Shown here piece by piece: positions 12,001 to 24,454 of a stretch of 64,000 bases of DNA. The DNA is from Mobula hypostoma (lineage: Eukaryota), in contig NC_086108.1 in assembly GCF_963921235.1 (NCBI RefSeq), forward strand, positions 80,044,001 to 80,108,000, given 5' to 3'. Numbering within the stretch: the stretch's first letter is position 1; every line of letters starts with the position of its first letter. A model generated the notes under the pieces. It had not been told where the DNA came from, made no database searches, and worked only from the letters and a program-made list of their open reading frames with translations. The translations under genes and the position numbers were made by a program.

Positions 12001-12714
12001 TACAGTATCTTGAAAATTGAATAGTTGTTGTCCAAACACATATTGCAGGATGTAATCTATTAATCCAGTCTGTAGAGTACATACCAATTATTTGCATTCC
12101 CTTCCTCTGTTCTGCCAATTGCATAATCTGGTCAATAATTTGCCTTCAGTTTCAAGACCAGCGTCTTTAGCCATCACGCTAAATTTTTCTGCTTGAAGAA
12201 TAAAAGATTATCACCCAGAAATGTTTTACTCTATGTAATACTCAGGCCAAAAGAGAGTCCTAGAGTGGTGCAATTTCCCTCCTGTGGGTTGCCATGACTT
12301 TAGATGTGTTCTCTGAATAGGTTAATTGTTTAATTAACCTATTGTTTAACAGGTCACTAGCAAACATTATCAAAATTCGGATGTGAAGAATGAAAATTTG
12401 AGTAAATTTTCAGGAAGCTACTCACTCTTATGGAATAATACAGCAAAAGAGCTTTGGTAGGTGTGTGGTAATCTCCACAAAGAATTTGATCTGTCAAGAT
12501 TTCTGAAGAATGTCAAAAGCTACAGGTAGATATGTACATACTGGTAAGTGTAATTCAATAGTTCAAAACTCAATGCTCTGTAAATTTCTGATCTTCCTCT
12601 CCGGTTTAAGATGGTATTGGTGAGGCCCAGCTCACTGGCGGCAAACAAAATGAAAAGTACAACTATATAACACATTTTCCTGTAAAATTTATGGTAAATG
12701 ATCACTGTAAACAA

Positions 12715-13460
12715 TGGTGAGGTGAGCAAAGGCAAGGCTGAGTTGAAGGTCGAAGCGTACGAGTGCGAGGTGAAGTCAAGACGCGGTTGAGGCACGGTTG
12801 AGGAACGTTCAAGGCGAAGTCGGGATGAGGCGAACAGAGTAAATTCAGAACGGAGGAGAGGCAGATTTGAGCCCTGTCTATCTAAGCCAAGAGCGAGATT
12901 TGATTGATCTAAATGCCAGGCCGATTTGGAAAGGTCGGGTAAGGGCTGAAATGTGGCAGCAGGTTCCAAACCCAAAGCGTATAGAGTCTACATGACTTGG
13001 GTCCTAGTGTGAGAAATTACCTGATGTCTGGATGATTTAAATGCCAGGCCAGATGGATTGAAAAGGCAGGGTGTTGGGACAAGAGGCAAGGGTCGGGCTG
13101 GTTTTGCTCACTACTCTGCATCGTTTATTTGGTTCTGCGCTAAACTGATGCTGAGCCTGTGGCCTGGCCCAGCCACTCTGGACTTCGTGTCTGAGGGCTC
13201 CATAACGTTTACTCGGCTCTGCGCTGAACTGAGGCTGAGGTTGCGGCCTGTTCCGGGCTTCATGTCTATGGACTCACTTTTGTTCTGAATGCTATTTGCT
13301 TACTTTTGTTTGCTCAATTTTTTTTCTCTCACTGCACATTGGGTGTTTTGATGGATTTTTTTTAAAATGGGTTCTTTTAGGTTTCTTTGTTTTGTGGCTG
13401 TCTGTAAAGAGATGACTCGCAAGGTTGTATAATGTATACATACTTTGATACTGTACTTTT
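12715..13460 (+). mobile_element. Non-coding retroelement (SINE or non-autonomous LINE derivative) with Rex1-like 3' tail
   Basis: GC/CpG-rich 5' part. The 3' end ...GGTTGTATAATGTATACATACTTTGATA is shared with 16105, 36069 and 50220-50455. Confidence 0.55.
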
Positions 13461-14095
13461 ATCTTACTGAAAATAAGTCTGGAATACAATTTTGCTCCTA
13501 GTTCTAGCGCAGATATATATGGTATAGTTTGAAGATATTATTTTGTAAATTGATGGCTTATATCGACTGAGAGTTGCATACCACTGCATTGGAAAGAGTG
13601 CAAGTTGTGGAGTGGTCCATGGTACCCCAACGTTTGAAACTGCCATAATGTATGATGTTAAATCTTTCAGCAGATTTAGACTAAGTCCTTAGCATATGAA
13701 ACATTTTTAAGTACCTTGTTGAACATTCTGGAAGGGTTCTACTGGATTTCCAATATCATTCTACAAGCGATTAGCCAATCATTCAAAGGAATTGAAAATA
13801 GCAGTTTCCTGATGTCCAGATCTTCTCCACCAGTTCTATGTTGTGCAAGGAACACTGATCATTTATATGCTGGCTTGATAATCGCTTTTTTCAGAGGCAG
13901 GTTCTTTGGACTACTTAACATAAGGCTTTTCTTTTATTGAGTTATTTACTTAGTTCCACACTTGCGCTCTTTAATTAAAGCCTGACTTTCCCTCTGCTTT
14001 TTCCAAGTATTTATCCAATTACTTTTGACAGCTATTGTTGATGTTTGGATCACCAAGTAATGAATTCGAAATAAAATTTTTGGATACTGTCCAGT

Positions 14096-14470
14096 TAAGA
14101 CCATAAGACATAGGAGCAGAAATAGGCCATTTGGCCCATCAAGTCTGCTCCCAAATTTGATCGTAGATTGAGAGACTTATTTCCCGTTCAACCCCTTTCT
14201 TCCGCCTTCTTCCCAAAACCTTTGACACCCTTATTAATCAAGAACCTGTTTTAAATATGCCCAGAAAAAGATCTTCACTTTAAATATACCCAATGACTTC
14301 ACCTCCACAGCCGTTTGTGGTAGTGAATTCCACAGATTCACCCTACCTTTTGGTTAAAGAAATTCCTGCTCATCTCTATTCTAAACAGGTGTTCTTTTAT
14401 TCTGAGGTGATACTCGAATTTATTCAATAACTCTGCCTCCATAGCTCTACAGCTGTCTGGGATAAATTCA
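14096..14470 (-). mobile_element. CR1 3' tail fragment
   Basis: TAAGACCATAAGACATAGGAGCAGAAATAGGCCATTTGGCCC, same tail as 29540. Confidence 0.75.
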
Positions 14471-15199
14471 CACCAGACTACTAGGGGTGTTGTTTCCCCT
14501 CTTTGTTTAATTACCAATGCAGATTTACTGAGTAACTTCACATCCTCACCACCTTTCATTGCCCATTATCACAGAGCTTGAGGCCAAGTCCCTGCTGATT
14601 CCTCAACAGCTGATGCAGAGATTGTTGGACCCTGATATTTTTGCAACCAAAAGGTTTTTCAGAAGTCAAGAATAAGGCCTGAACTGTTTTGCTAATGACT
14701 GGTTTGTTAATTATTACAAGAGCAAAGAATAAGCAAGGTATGAGACAAAGAAAAGAAAAAAGTTTAAAAGTAGTGTGGTCTTCTCATACTGGACTATTGA
14801 TAACAGAAATTCTATTAATAACCATTAACCAATGAGATAGCCAGTTTCAAATAATATGACACCAGCCACTGGAACCAAGAAGTTTCCAGAGAAATACAGA
14901 GGGAACTGTAACCACTGGAAAACTCAGTGAACAATTACATATATATAGGTGATTATATAAAAATACAAACAAGCATAACAAAGTTAAACTAAAAGAAAAT
15001 AACAATTCTACACTCCAATCCAACAAGGTCCAGTGACACTGGCCTTCTGCATCCAGGTACCCAGGGTGAGTGTGATAAGGGACCAGGCCCAGCATGGTCG
15101 ATCGATTAATTTCTAATTTCATCCTATTGATAACAGTTACACAGAATTTCAATAAATGCAGCCGTTTGCACTGATTTAACTTCCGTGAACGGTAAACGT

Positions 15200-16030
15200 A
15201 AGAAAGTGTGCAGATGCTGGAAATCCAAAGCAACACACACAAAATGCTGGATGAACTCAGCTGGTCAGGCTGCATCCATGGAAGTGAACAGCTGGTCAAT
15301 GTTTCAGGCCGAGACCCCTTCTTCAGGACTGAGAAGGAAAGGGGAAGATGCCAGAATAAAAAGTTGGAGGGGGGGGGGGTTGAGGAGGCTAGCTGGAAGG
15401 TGATAGTTGCAGCCAGGTGGGTGGGAAAAGCCAAGGGCTGGAGAAGATAGGTCAGGAGTGGACCATAAGAGAACAGGAAGGATGAGACCCAGAGAGAATA
15501 GGAAGGTGAGAAGAGGTAAAAGGTCAGAGTGGGGAATAGAAGAGGGGGGGGGAATTTGTTTACCAAAACGAGAAATCAATATTCATGCCATCAGGTTGGA
15601 GGCTAAGCAGATGAAATATGAGGTGTTGCCCCTCCACCCTGAGGGTGGCTTCATCTTGGCACAAGAGGAGGCCATTAACTGAGATGTTGGAACGGGAATG
15701 GGAATTGGAATTAAAAGGATTGGTCACCGGGAAGTTCTGCTTGTTGCGGATGGTGTGGAGGTGCTCGACAAAGTGGTCCCCCAGTTTATGATGGGTCTCA
15801 CCAATGTAGAGGAGGCTGCATCAGTAGCACTGGACACAATAGACAACCCCAGAAGATTCGCAGGTGAAGTGTTGCCTCACTTGGAAGGTCTGTTTGGGGC
15901 CTGAATGGAGGTGAGGGGGGAGGTGTATGGGCAGGTGTAGCACTTGGGTGGCTTTCAGGGATAAATGCCAGGAGGGAGATTAATGAGGAGGGACAAATGG
16001 ACAAGGGAATCACAGAGCAAGTGATAACTG
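15200..16030 (-). mobile_element. Penelope-like element 3' part: GIY-YIG endonuclease remnant + pLTR with degenerate hammerhead (15294-15330)
   Basis: Minus frame TFQVRQHFTCESSGVVYCVQCY*CSLLYIGETHHKLG...LQPDGMNIDF. Hammerhead AGTC-CTGAAGA-AGGGGTCTCGGCCT-GAAACATT-GACC. Confidence 0.88.
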
Positions 16031-16104
16031 AAACAATCCTTCCCAGGCAACATCTGATTAAACTCCTTGCATCTTCTCCAGTGAATTCACATTTTTTCAA
16101 AAAA

Positions 16105-17240
16105 CTTCAAAGTAACTTCATTATTGAAGTATGTTTATCTCACCATATACTACTCTGACATTCATTTTCTTGCAGACATTCGCAGTAGAACAAAGAAATA
16201 CAATAGGATCAATGAAAAACTACACACAATCAATGAATAACAAATGACCAATGTGCAAGAGAAGACAAACTGCAAATTCAAAAAAAAAAGAGTAATAATA
16301 CAGTGGCTTCTGGTTAACTGGGCCATCAGTTAATTAGGCAGCCGCTTATTTGAGACAACTCTTACTTGAGAAGAAAAACTGATCGAGAAAATAACTGGGA
16401 TTCTCTGTGTTTATTTTGGACACTATACCTCTTAATTGGGCCAGGAGACCGTTGCCGAACAGTTTCTAACTAGTGTCAGTTGTATATTTGTGTTCAAAAA
16501 GCAGTGATTTTTGCCACTAATAGTTGGTGAGAAATAAACAGTAGGACAATTCAGAACTGTTTTGCTCACTGCAGTTTCAAGCATTCAGACTTGGAGAAGC
16601 CAGAAACAGCTGGGAGTGAAAATGAAACAATTTGACTACTTCAAAAGTTAGGAACTACAAAGAATTTGAAGGTATTGGTAATTACCTTGAATGTTACAAT
16701 GAAAATGAAGATTTGAAGGATGCAATCAGCGAAAACATTGTATGAAGGCAGTTCATTATCTGCATTAGGAATCTATACTGATTTTGTTCATTTATAGTCA
16801 ATCAAAAGAACACGGCAGTGTATACTGGGTGAATTCCTTCACTGATAACTTTTATAACTAATACACTATTTTATAGTACTGTAGTAGTGTTCTAATGTGC
16901 TCTGTATTTTATTTAAGTATACAGTTCATGACTGAGTAAACGGTATTGTCTTTTTTATACCTTTTTAACTGTTTCCATGAAACTTTGGCTATTTGGGACA
17001 GTTGCTTCATTGGACAAACTGTACTGGTCCAGATGTGTCTCAATTAACCAGAATACACAGCAATAATAAATAAATAAATAATACTGAGAACACGAGTTGC
17101 AGAGTCATTGAAAGTGAGTCCAAAGGTTGAGGAATCAGTTCAGTGATGAGATGAGTGAAGTTGTCCATGCTATTTCAGGAGCCTGATTGTTGAAAAGTAA
17201 TAACTGTTCCTGAACCTGATGGTGTGGGACCCAAGGCTGC
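16105..17240 (-). mobile_element. Rex1-like LINE/SINE 3' end, split by a Tigger MITE
   Basis: Tail homology to 13300-13460. After the MITE it resumes with CTGTTCCTGAACCTGATGGTGTGGG (Rex1 RT C-terminus). Confidence 0.6.
16301..17060 (+). mobile_element. Tigger/pogo-type non-autonomous DNA transposon
   Basis: TA + CAGTGGCTTCTGGTTAACTGGG ... CTCAATTAACCAGAATACACAG imperfect TIRs. Internal TIQNCFAHCSF transposase C-terminal remnant. Confidence 0.8.
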
Positions 17241-17244
17241 TCGG

Positions 17245-18770
17245 TAGTGTCGCAACCCAGAGTGACACACCCTACTCCAACTATGGCCTAACCAATGTTA
17301 TATAAAGTTTCAGTATAACTTTTCTGCTCCCAGATTCTATCCCTCAACTAAGAAGGCAAGTATACCCTATTCTTATCTACCTGTGAAGCCATTCTTTACT
17401 GTATATCTTGGTCCTTCAGTTCCTCCATACCTTCTCTAGAGTACCATTTGCCCTATCATTTTATGTGCATGTCCTGGCGTTATTAGACCATAACATATAA
17501 GAGCACAATTAGGCCATTTGGCCCATCAAGTCTTCTCTGCCATTCCATCATGGCTGATCCATTTCCCTCTCAGCCCCAATCTCCTGCCTTCTCCCCATAT
17601 CCCTTCATGCTCTGTCTAGTCAAGAATCTATCAACCTCTCCCTTAAATATACCTAATGACTTGGCCTCCACAGCTGCCTGTGACAAGTTTCACAGATTCA
17701 CCACTCTCTGGCTAAAAAAATTCTTCCTCGTCTCCGTTCTAAAAGGTCGCCCCTATATTCTGAGGCTGTCTCCTCTGATCTTTGACTCCCCCCACCATTG
17801 AAAATATCCTCTCCACATCCACAGTATTGAGTCCTTTCAACATTTGATAGGCTTCGATAAGGTCATCCCACATTCTTTGAATTCTGGTCAGTAGATGCCT
17901 AAAGCCATTAAATGCTCTTCATATGATAAGCCTTTCAATCCTGGAATCATTTTAATGAACCTCCTTTGAACCCTCTCCAATATCAGCACACCCTTACTTA
18001 GATAAGTGGCCCAAAACTGCTCACGACTCCAAATGAGGCCTCACCAGTGCTTTATAAAGCCTCAACATTACATCTTTGCTTTTATATTCTAGTCCTCTTG
18101 AAACGAATGCTAACATCACATTTGCCTTCTTCATGATGAAGGGTCTCGACCTGAAACGTCGACTGTTTACTCCTTTCAATACATTTTGTTATCTCAAAAA
18201 AAAATCATCACCTCACAAAACAATTCTGACTATCATTGATTACTCTTTGTTCCTCAGAATTTTTTTTAATCAAGTAAAATCCCTAATACTGATGTTATAA
18301 GCCTTATAACTACCTGGCCTATCCCTCCTTTCTTTTTTGATTAAGGTTAACACATTTGCTGTCCTTCAGTCATCCAACACCTATATCAAATATTTCAGAG
18401 AGATCAAACCTGTACAAATCTTCTAGGTGAAGTCTCACCATGGTCTTATTTCATTAAAGCATCTTGAGACTTATACTCAAACACTCTGCAATAAAGGCCA
18501 ACATGTTATTTACCTTCCCAACATTTGCATTTCCTGAATATTAGTTTTCTACACTAAGAAAATAGTGAATCTTTGGAATTACCTGTACAAAGCTATTGAG
18601 GCTTAGGTACTGGGCTTCTTCAAAACAGACATGTGAATAGGATATGGTGTCGGTACAGGAAAATAGCACTGATCAGCTATGATCTATGGATTCCATAGGC
18701 AGCTGAGAAGGACCAAATGGCTTAGCCCTGCTTCCTTTCCTTGTGTTCTTATTTCCCTGTAATTGGAGGA
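17245..18770 (-). mobile_element. Cluster of CR1 fragments (youngest 17487-18130 on minus; plus-strand tail 18560-18755)
   Basis: Close similarity to 29540-30200. Confidence 0.75.
18133..18180 (+). mobile_element. Penelope-like hammerhead fragment
   Basis: aTGATGAAGGGTCTCGACCTGAAACGTCGACTGTTTACTCC; 5'-truncated at C3. Confidence 0.7.
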
Positions 18771-18784
18771 GTAGGAAAACTACA

Positions 18785-19276
18785 TACACTCAGTGGCCAC
18801 GTTATTAGCTGCAAATATCTAATCTGCCAATCATGTGGCAGCAACTTAACGCATAAAAGCATGTATACATGGTCAAGAGGTTCAGCTGTTGTTCAGACCA
18901 AACATCAGAATGGTGACTTTGACTGTGAAAATGCTTTTTGGTGTCAGAAGAGGTGGTTTGAGTATCTCAGAAACTGCTGATTTCCTGGAATTTTCACACA
19001 AAAAAAACATCTAGTAGGTGGCAGTTCTGTGGGTGAAAATACCTTGTTTATGAGCGAGGTCAGAAGAAAATGGCCAGGCTGATTCAAGCTAACAGGAAGG
19101 TGATAGTGACTCAAATAACCATGCATTACAACAGTGGTGTGCAGATGAGCATCTCTGAATGCACAATACATCAAGCCTTGAAGTGGAGGGGCTACAGCAG
19201 CAGATGACCATGAATGTACACTCAGTGGCCACTTTATTAGGTACGGGCAGTACCTAATAAAGTGCCCACTGAGTGT
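18785..19276 (+). mobile_element. Tc1-family non-autonomous transposon
   Basis: TIR TACACTCAGTGGCCAC(T/G)TTATTAG. Transposase HTH remnant (RKVIVTQIT...SISECT...GYSSR). Terminal TIR-TIR hairpin at 19217-19276. Confidence 0.85.
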
Positions 19277-19559
19277 GCTTGATGTTCTGAGTACACAAGG
19301 ACACCAGGTCTCTTTGAATGCCAAGCTCTCACCATTTAAAAAAAGATTGCATGTTCTTGTTTAGTTGATAAATTGAATAAATTCTTAAATACTTGAGTGA
19401 AACTGTGTCCCAACAAGACTGTTAGGATTCTGCTTATCACCTATCATAAATCTAGTGAGAGACTGGTAGAGTTCCCATGGAAGTTGTGTAAACATCTGAA
19501 AATGGTCACTGGTACTTTCCCTGGGGATTGCATTAAGTCATCTGCCAAAACTGTTGCGA

Positions 19560-19880
19560 GAGATTGGCAGAACCCACTCAGAACTTCAGTACTTAATAAA
19601 AGTTAGTAGGAGAATTCAGTGAAGCTGATGGTGAAATTTTAGAATATGTTACCACTAAAAAGGAGGTATGAAAAGGCTGGGTGGGCTTAAAAGTGGATAA
19701 ATCCTCAGGACCTGATCAGACGTATCCCAGGCTGCAATCTGAGGCAAGCAAGGGATTGCTAGGCCACTGGCATCGATTTTCAAATGTTCACTTGCCATCT
19801 AAGCCGAGGGTTATCGTCACAAAATAAGGACTGAGGTGAATAAAAAGTCCTTCATCCAGAAGACAGTGAATTCTTCTCTC
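19560..19880 (+). mobile_element. Degenerate CR1 fragment
   Basis: LKVDKSSGPDQTYPR-like segment. Confidence 0.5.
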
Positions 19881-19889
19881 TATGTCAAC

Positions 19890-20495
19890 AAGACAAATGA
19901 GCTTCAAGTTCCTACGAGAGGACATCACCAGCAGCCTGTCCTGGACCAATCACAGTGAAGCCAAGAAAGCTCACCAGTGCCTCTGCTTCCTCAGGAGGGT
20001 AAACAATTTGACATGTCCCCTTTAATCTCCATTAGTGTTTATCAATGCAGCAGAGAAAGCATCCTATCTGAATGCATTGCAGCTTGGTTCTGCAAATCGT
20101 CTGCCCCTGGTAGCAAGAAGCCACAGAGTTGTGGACACAATGCAGCACGTCACTGAAGCTAGCCTCCCTTCCATGGAATTGTCGACATTTCTCTCACTGT
20201 CTCAGTAAAGCAGCAAGCATAATCAAAGACCTCATCTATCCCGGTCATTCTCCCTTCTTCCACCCACCCCCACCCCCATGGGCAGAAAACACAAAAAAAT
20301 ACAAAAGCCTGAAAGCATGTACCATCAGACTCACAGACAGCTTCCATCCGGCTCTTTCGAGACTACTGAATAGTTCCCAAGTAAGATAAATTCACAGTCC
20401 ACCTCGTTATGAGCTTGAATCTTACTGTTTACCTACACTCAACTCTCTTTATAACTGTAACAGTTTATTCTGCACTCTGTTATTGTTTTACCTTG
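19890..20495 (+). mobile_element. Rex1-Babar LINE 3' fragment
   Basis: CLSKAASIIKDLIYPGHSPF...YKSLKACTIRLTDSFHP; homologous to 21472-21900. Confidence 0.75.
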
Positions 20496-20499
20496 TACT

Positions 20500-21072
20500 T
20501 AGTGAGACTCCATTGATCATAGTTGTCCATGGATATTGCATCCTATCTGTCTAGATATACAAGCCTGGGCAGTACGATATGGAGAGCAAGATGTTGCCCC
20601 ATACAGCAAGTTTCTCCTCTCCATGCATCTGATGAAACCAAAGGAACACCAGAGACTGATACAGTTTGGTACCAGAAGCATCGCAGGAGTTGCCAGTCAG
20701 CAATGAACTCAACGTAAGACTGCCTAGGTGACTCCAGCTCCAGAATTTTCCCTCCTGAAGCCTTCCCCATGAGCGGGTTTAGCTGCAAGGCAATGGAGGT
20801 CACGGTTTGAGATCAGAGTTTTCTTCTCCTTGATGAGGTGCCAATGGTGGCTGATGAGCCCCATTTGTCTAAAGTGACTGGTTTTAAGGCAGCAGTAACC
20901 TGCCTTTGCCTCTTCTGTCAGTAGATACACTGGGCTTAGTAGCTAAGCCACACATGAAGGCCAGAAGCTGAATTTGTTTGTCAGAGGCTATTTGAGGCGC
21001 ATGCCATTGGGAGCATTTAATAGATCGTAGGAGCTCATCCCATTGCCACCCCAGCTATAACAACCTTAAGGA
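20500..21072 (-). mobile_element. Non-autonomous RTE-related element
   Basis: 3' end homologous to the tail of the SINE at 49681-49990. Possible 8-bp TSD ACCTTGTA (20490-20497 / 21077-21084). Confidence 0.55.
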
Positions 21073-21247
21073 ATCAACCTTGTAAGTAAAATTACTCACC
21101 TTTTACTACCTTAATCCTTATTGTAAGGAATCATAAGACCATAAAACCTAAATCATACTAAATCAGCAGGTACATTGGCTCATGTAGCCCTTCCATTTAA
21201 ATGTCAGGTCATCAGGTAGAAAATTCAATATAGTCAATTTAGCGATC

Positions 21248-22425
21248 TTTACTTTACTCTATTGTCACCAAACAATTGATACGAAAATGTACAATCATCA
21301 CAGCGATATTTGATTCTGCACTTCCCGCTCCCTGGATTACAAATCGATAGTAAATATTAAAAATTTAAATTATGAATCATAAATAGAAAATAGAAAAGGG
21401 AAAGTAAGGTAGTGCAAAAAAAAAATTGAGATGCAGGTCCGGATATTTGGAGGGTACGGCCCAGATCCGGATCAGGATCCATTCAGCAGTCTTATCACAG
21501 TTGGAAAGAAACTGTTCCCAAATCTAGCTGTATGAGTCTTCAAGCTCCTGAGCCTTCTCCTGGAGGGAAGAGGGACGAAAAGTGTGTTGGCTGGGTGGAT
21601 GGTGTCCTTGATTATCCTGGCAGCACTGCTCTGACAGCGTGCGGTGTAAAGTGAGTCCAAGGACGGAAGATTGGTTTGTGTGATGTGCTGCACCGTGTTC
21701 ATGATCTTCTGCAGCTTCTTCAGGTCTTGGACAGGACAACTTCCATACCAGGTTGTGATGCACCCTAGAAGAATGCTTTCTACAGTGCATCTATAAAAAT
21801 TAGTGAGGGTTTTAGGGGACAGGCCAAATTTCTTTAGATTTCTCAGGAAGTAAAGGCACTGGTGGGCCTTCTTGGCAGTGGACTCTGCTTGGTTGGACCA
21901 AGTCAGGTCATTTGTGATATTGACCCCGAGGAACTTAAAGCTTTTGACCTGTTCCACTTGCGCACCACCGATGTAAATTGGGTTGTGCGGTCCATTACTC
22001 CTTCTGAAATCAACAACCAATTCTTTCGTCTTGCTGACATTGAGGGATAAGTTATTGTCTTCGCACCATGTCACCAGGTTCTTAATTTCCTCTCTGTACG
22101 CAAAGTCATCATTACCCGAGATACGGCCTACAATTGTTGTGTCATCAGCAAACTTATATATTGAGTTCGATGGAAACTTGGCTACAAAATCATGGGGGTA
22201 CAGTGAGTACAGCAGGGGGCTGAGTACACAGCCTTGTGGGGCACCAGTGCTCAGAGTGATTGTAGAGGAGAGCTTGTCCCCTATTTTTACAGCCTTGGTC
22301 CTGTCTGTGAGGAAGTTGAAGATCCAGCTGCAGATCTGAGTGCTAAGGCCCAGGTTCCGGAGCTTAGGAATCAGTTTATTTGGAACGATGGTATTAAAGG
22401 CAGAGCTGTAGCCAATGAAAAGGAT
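21248..22425 (-). mobile_element. Rex1-Babar LINE, 5'-truncated, open RT frame (ORF 21472..22452)
   Basis: [64 protein letters not shown]; uninterrupted for more than 300 aa. Confidence 0.92.
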
Positions 22426-22652
22426 CTGTGTGACAAATTGATGAATTAGCATATTATACTTATCTTATTGAAGAGGAATGAGTTCAGCAGTTAACTTCCA
22501 TTGACCAGAAGTATCTGCCAATCAGTGTCTTTAACTCTACTGACTAGTTTATACTTTGTGTAATGATCTACCTGTCTGACCAATAGCCTTACAAACGTAA
22601 TTGTAGATGTGAGTGTGCAGAGTCAGCTAATCAGCCAATAGTCTTGTTGGGA

Positions 22653-22923
22653 AACACACAAAATGCTTTAGGAACTCAGCAAGTCAGGTGGTATCTTTGG
22701 AGGGCAGTAGATAGTCGACGTTTTGAGCTGAGCCACTTCAATAAGACTGGAAAGAAAGGGGGAAGAAGCCAGAACCTCTTTCCTTTCTAATCCTAATGAA
22801 GGGTCTTGGTCCAGGACATTGACAATTTGTTCCTCTCCAAAGATGCTGCAGACCTGCTGAGTTTCTTCAGCATTTTTTGTGAGTTACTCAAGATTTCCAG
22901 CATCTGTAGGATCTCTTGTGTTT
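22653..22923. mobile_element. Old inverted pair of Penelope-like termini (two degenerate hammerheads)
   Basis: Minus arm 22653-22774 and plus arm 22775-22923 (CCTAATGAAGGGTCTTGGTCCAGGACATTGAC + tail). Confidence 0.7.
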
Positions 22924-23539
22924 ATAATCCCACTGGGAAGCCCTGCACTTTGAGGCCAGACCACAAAAGCATAGAGCAGGTCATTGAAAAGGAATGCCTC
23001 AGGTCTGCGTGCATCTTCAAAACACACTTAAAGCATAGATCCAGATCTTACTCGTGTGACAAAAGCTTGTAAATGCAGCATACAGCTACCCAAGAGAAAA
23101 TACCCTTTCTGTGTGTAGAAATGCACATGGAAAAAGATAAAAGATAATAAGAGTAGGCTACATTTGACCCGAGTGGAAAGGAGGACTATACAAACAAATT
23201 AAACAATGTGTAAAGTGATGTATTAATAATCACAGAAGAATTAAATTACATTAAAATTAAATCTATAGGAAATAGATAAAGGAAATAGGAAAAGAATAAC
23301 ATATTCAGAGCTCATATCTAACTGAGTGTATAAAAACTGCGACCAGGGAGGATTCACTACGGGATTGAACAAGGAATGAATAGATAAGAGAAGCAATGGT
23401 AAAGTTGTACTCAGGCGACAATGACCAAAACAACATAAGCACTTAAAAATCAGAGTAACAAATTGTTAAGAAGCTTACTTGAAGATTGAAGAACAAGGGT
23501 GCTGTGAAACATAGTTTATAACTAATTTAAGAAGGGAAA

Positions 23540-24081
23540 TACACTCTGTGGCCACTTTATTAGGTTAACTTGTACATCTGCTCATTAATGCAAATATCTA
23601 ATTAGTCAATCATGTGGCAACAACTCAATACATTAAAAAAACATGCAGTCATGGTAAACAGTTTCAGTTGTTGTTCAGACCAAGCATGAAAATGGGGAAG
23701 AAATGTGATCTAAGTGACTTTGACCATGAAATGATTGTTGTTGCCAGATGGGGTGATCTGAGTATCTCAGAAACTTGCTGATTTCCTGCACACCAGTCTC
23801 TAGAATTTACAGAGAATGGTGCAAAAAACAAAACAAATCATCCAGTGAACAGCAGTTCTATGGTCGAAAAAGCCCTGTTAATGAGAGAAATCAGAGGAGA
23901 ACGGCAAGACTGGTTTCAAGCTGACAGGAAGGTGACAGTAACTCAAGTGACCACCTGTTACAGCAGTGATTGCAGAAGAACATCTCTGAATGCACAACAA
24001 GTCGAACCTTAAAATAGATGGTCTAGAGCAGCAGAAGACCACTAACATAAAGAAATACACTCAGTGGCCACTTTATTAGGT
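23540..24081 (+). mobile_element. Tc1-family non-autonomous transposon, right end interrupted by an LTR
   Basis: Same family as 18785 and 51490; TIR copies at 23540 and 24056. Confidence 0.85.
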
Positions 24082-24322
24082 GTTGTGATTTTAATATTTC
24101 AGTAATATTTGATTAATATTGTAAATATATTGTTTGAATAAGCATCCTTTGTTGTTAACGTGTTATATGTGAAAGTAGGTGAAAGGCGTATGTCATTATG
24201 TCGCCACGTTATAAGTGCGCACCTCACTAAGGTAAAAAGTGAGACAAACACGAGTTACCCTGGGCTCCGTGTGCTTCTTTCAATTAATTTCTGGAATTAC
24301 AAAACATAACAGTGGCAACGAG
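24081..24322 (+). mobile_element. Gypsy-like 5' LTR (24081-24311) followed by PBS-like TGGCAACGAG
   Basis: TGTTGTG...CATAACA termini. gTGGCAACGAG resembles the TGGCGACGAG PBS of Gypsy elements. Confidence 0.65.
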
Positions 24323-24454
24323 TAAATTTTGAAATGAACTTGAGATGTCCACCTACCAGTTGAAGTGCAGCACATTTTTTACCTTCTCAAGGGGAGAGAG
24401 GGAGAAATGTTCAAGTTAAAAAAAAGCACAGCACAGTTTTTCTTTGATGGGGAG

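Noticed and set aside
14847..15566. 239-aa ORF
   Set aside because: Chance frame through a pyrimidine-rich Penelope pLTR and its flank.
21472..22452. RT ORF as a retron, DGR or domesticated gene
   Set aside because: Eukaryotic Rex1-Babar RT, 5'-truncated with a LINE tail and several paralogous fragments nearby.
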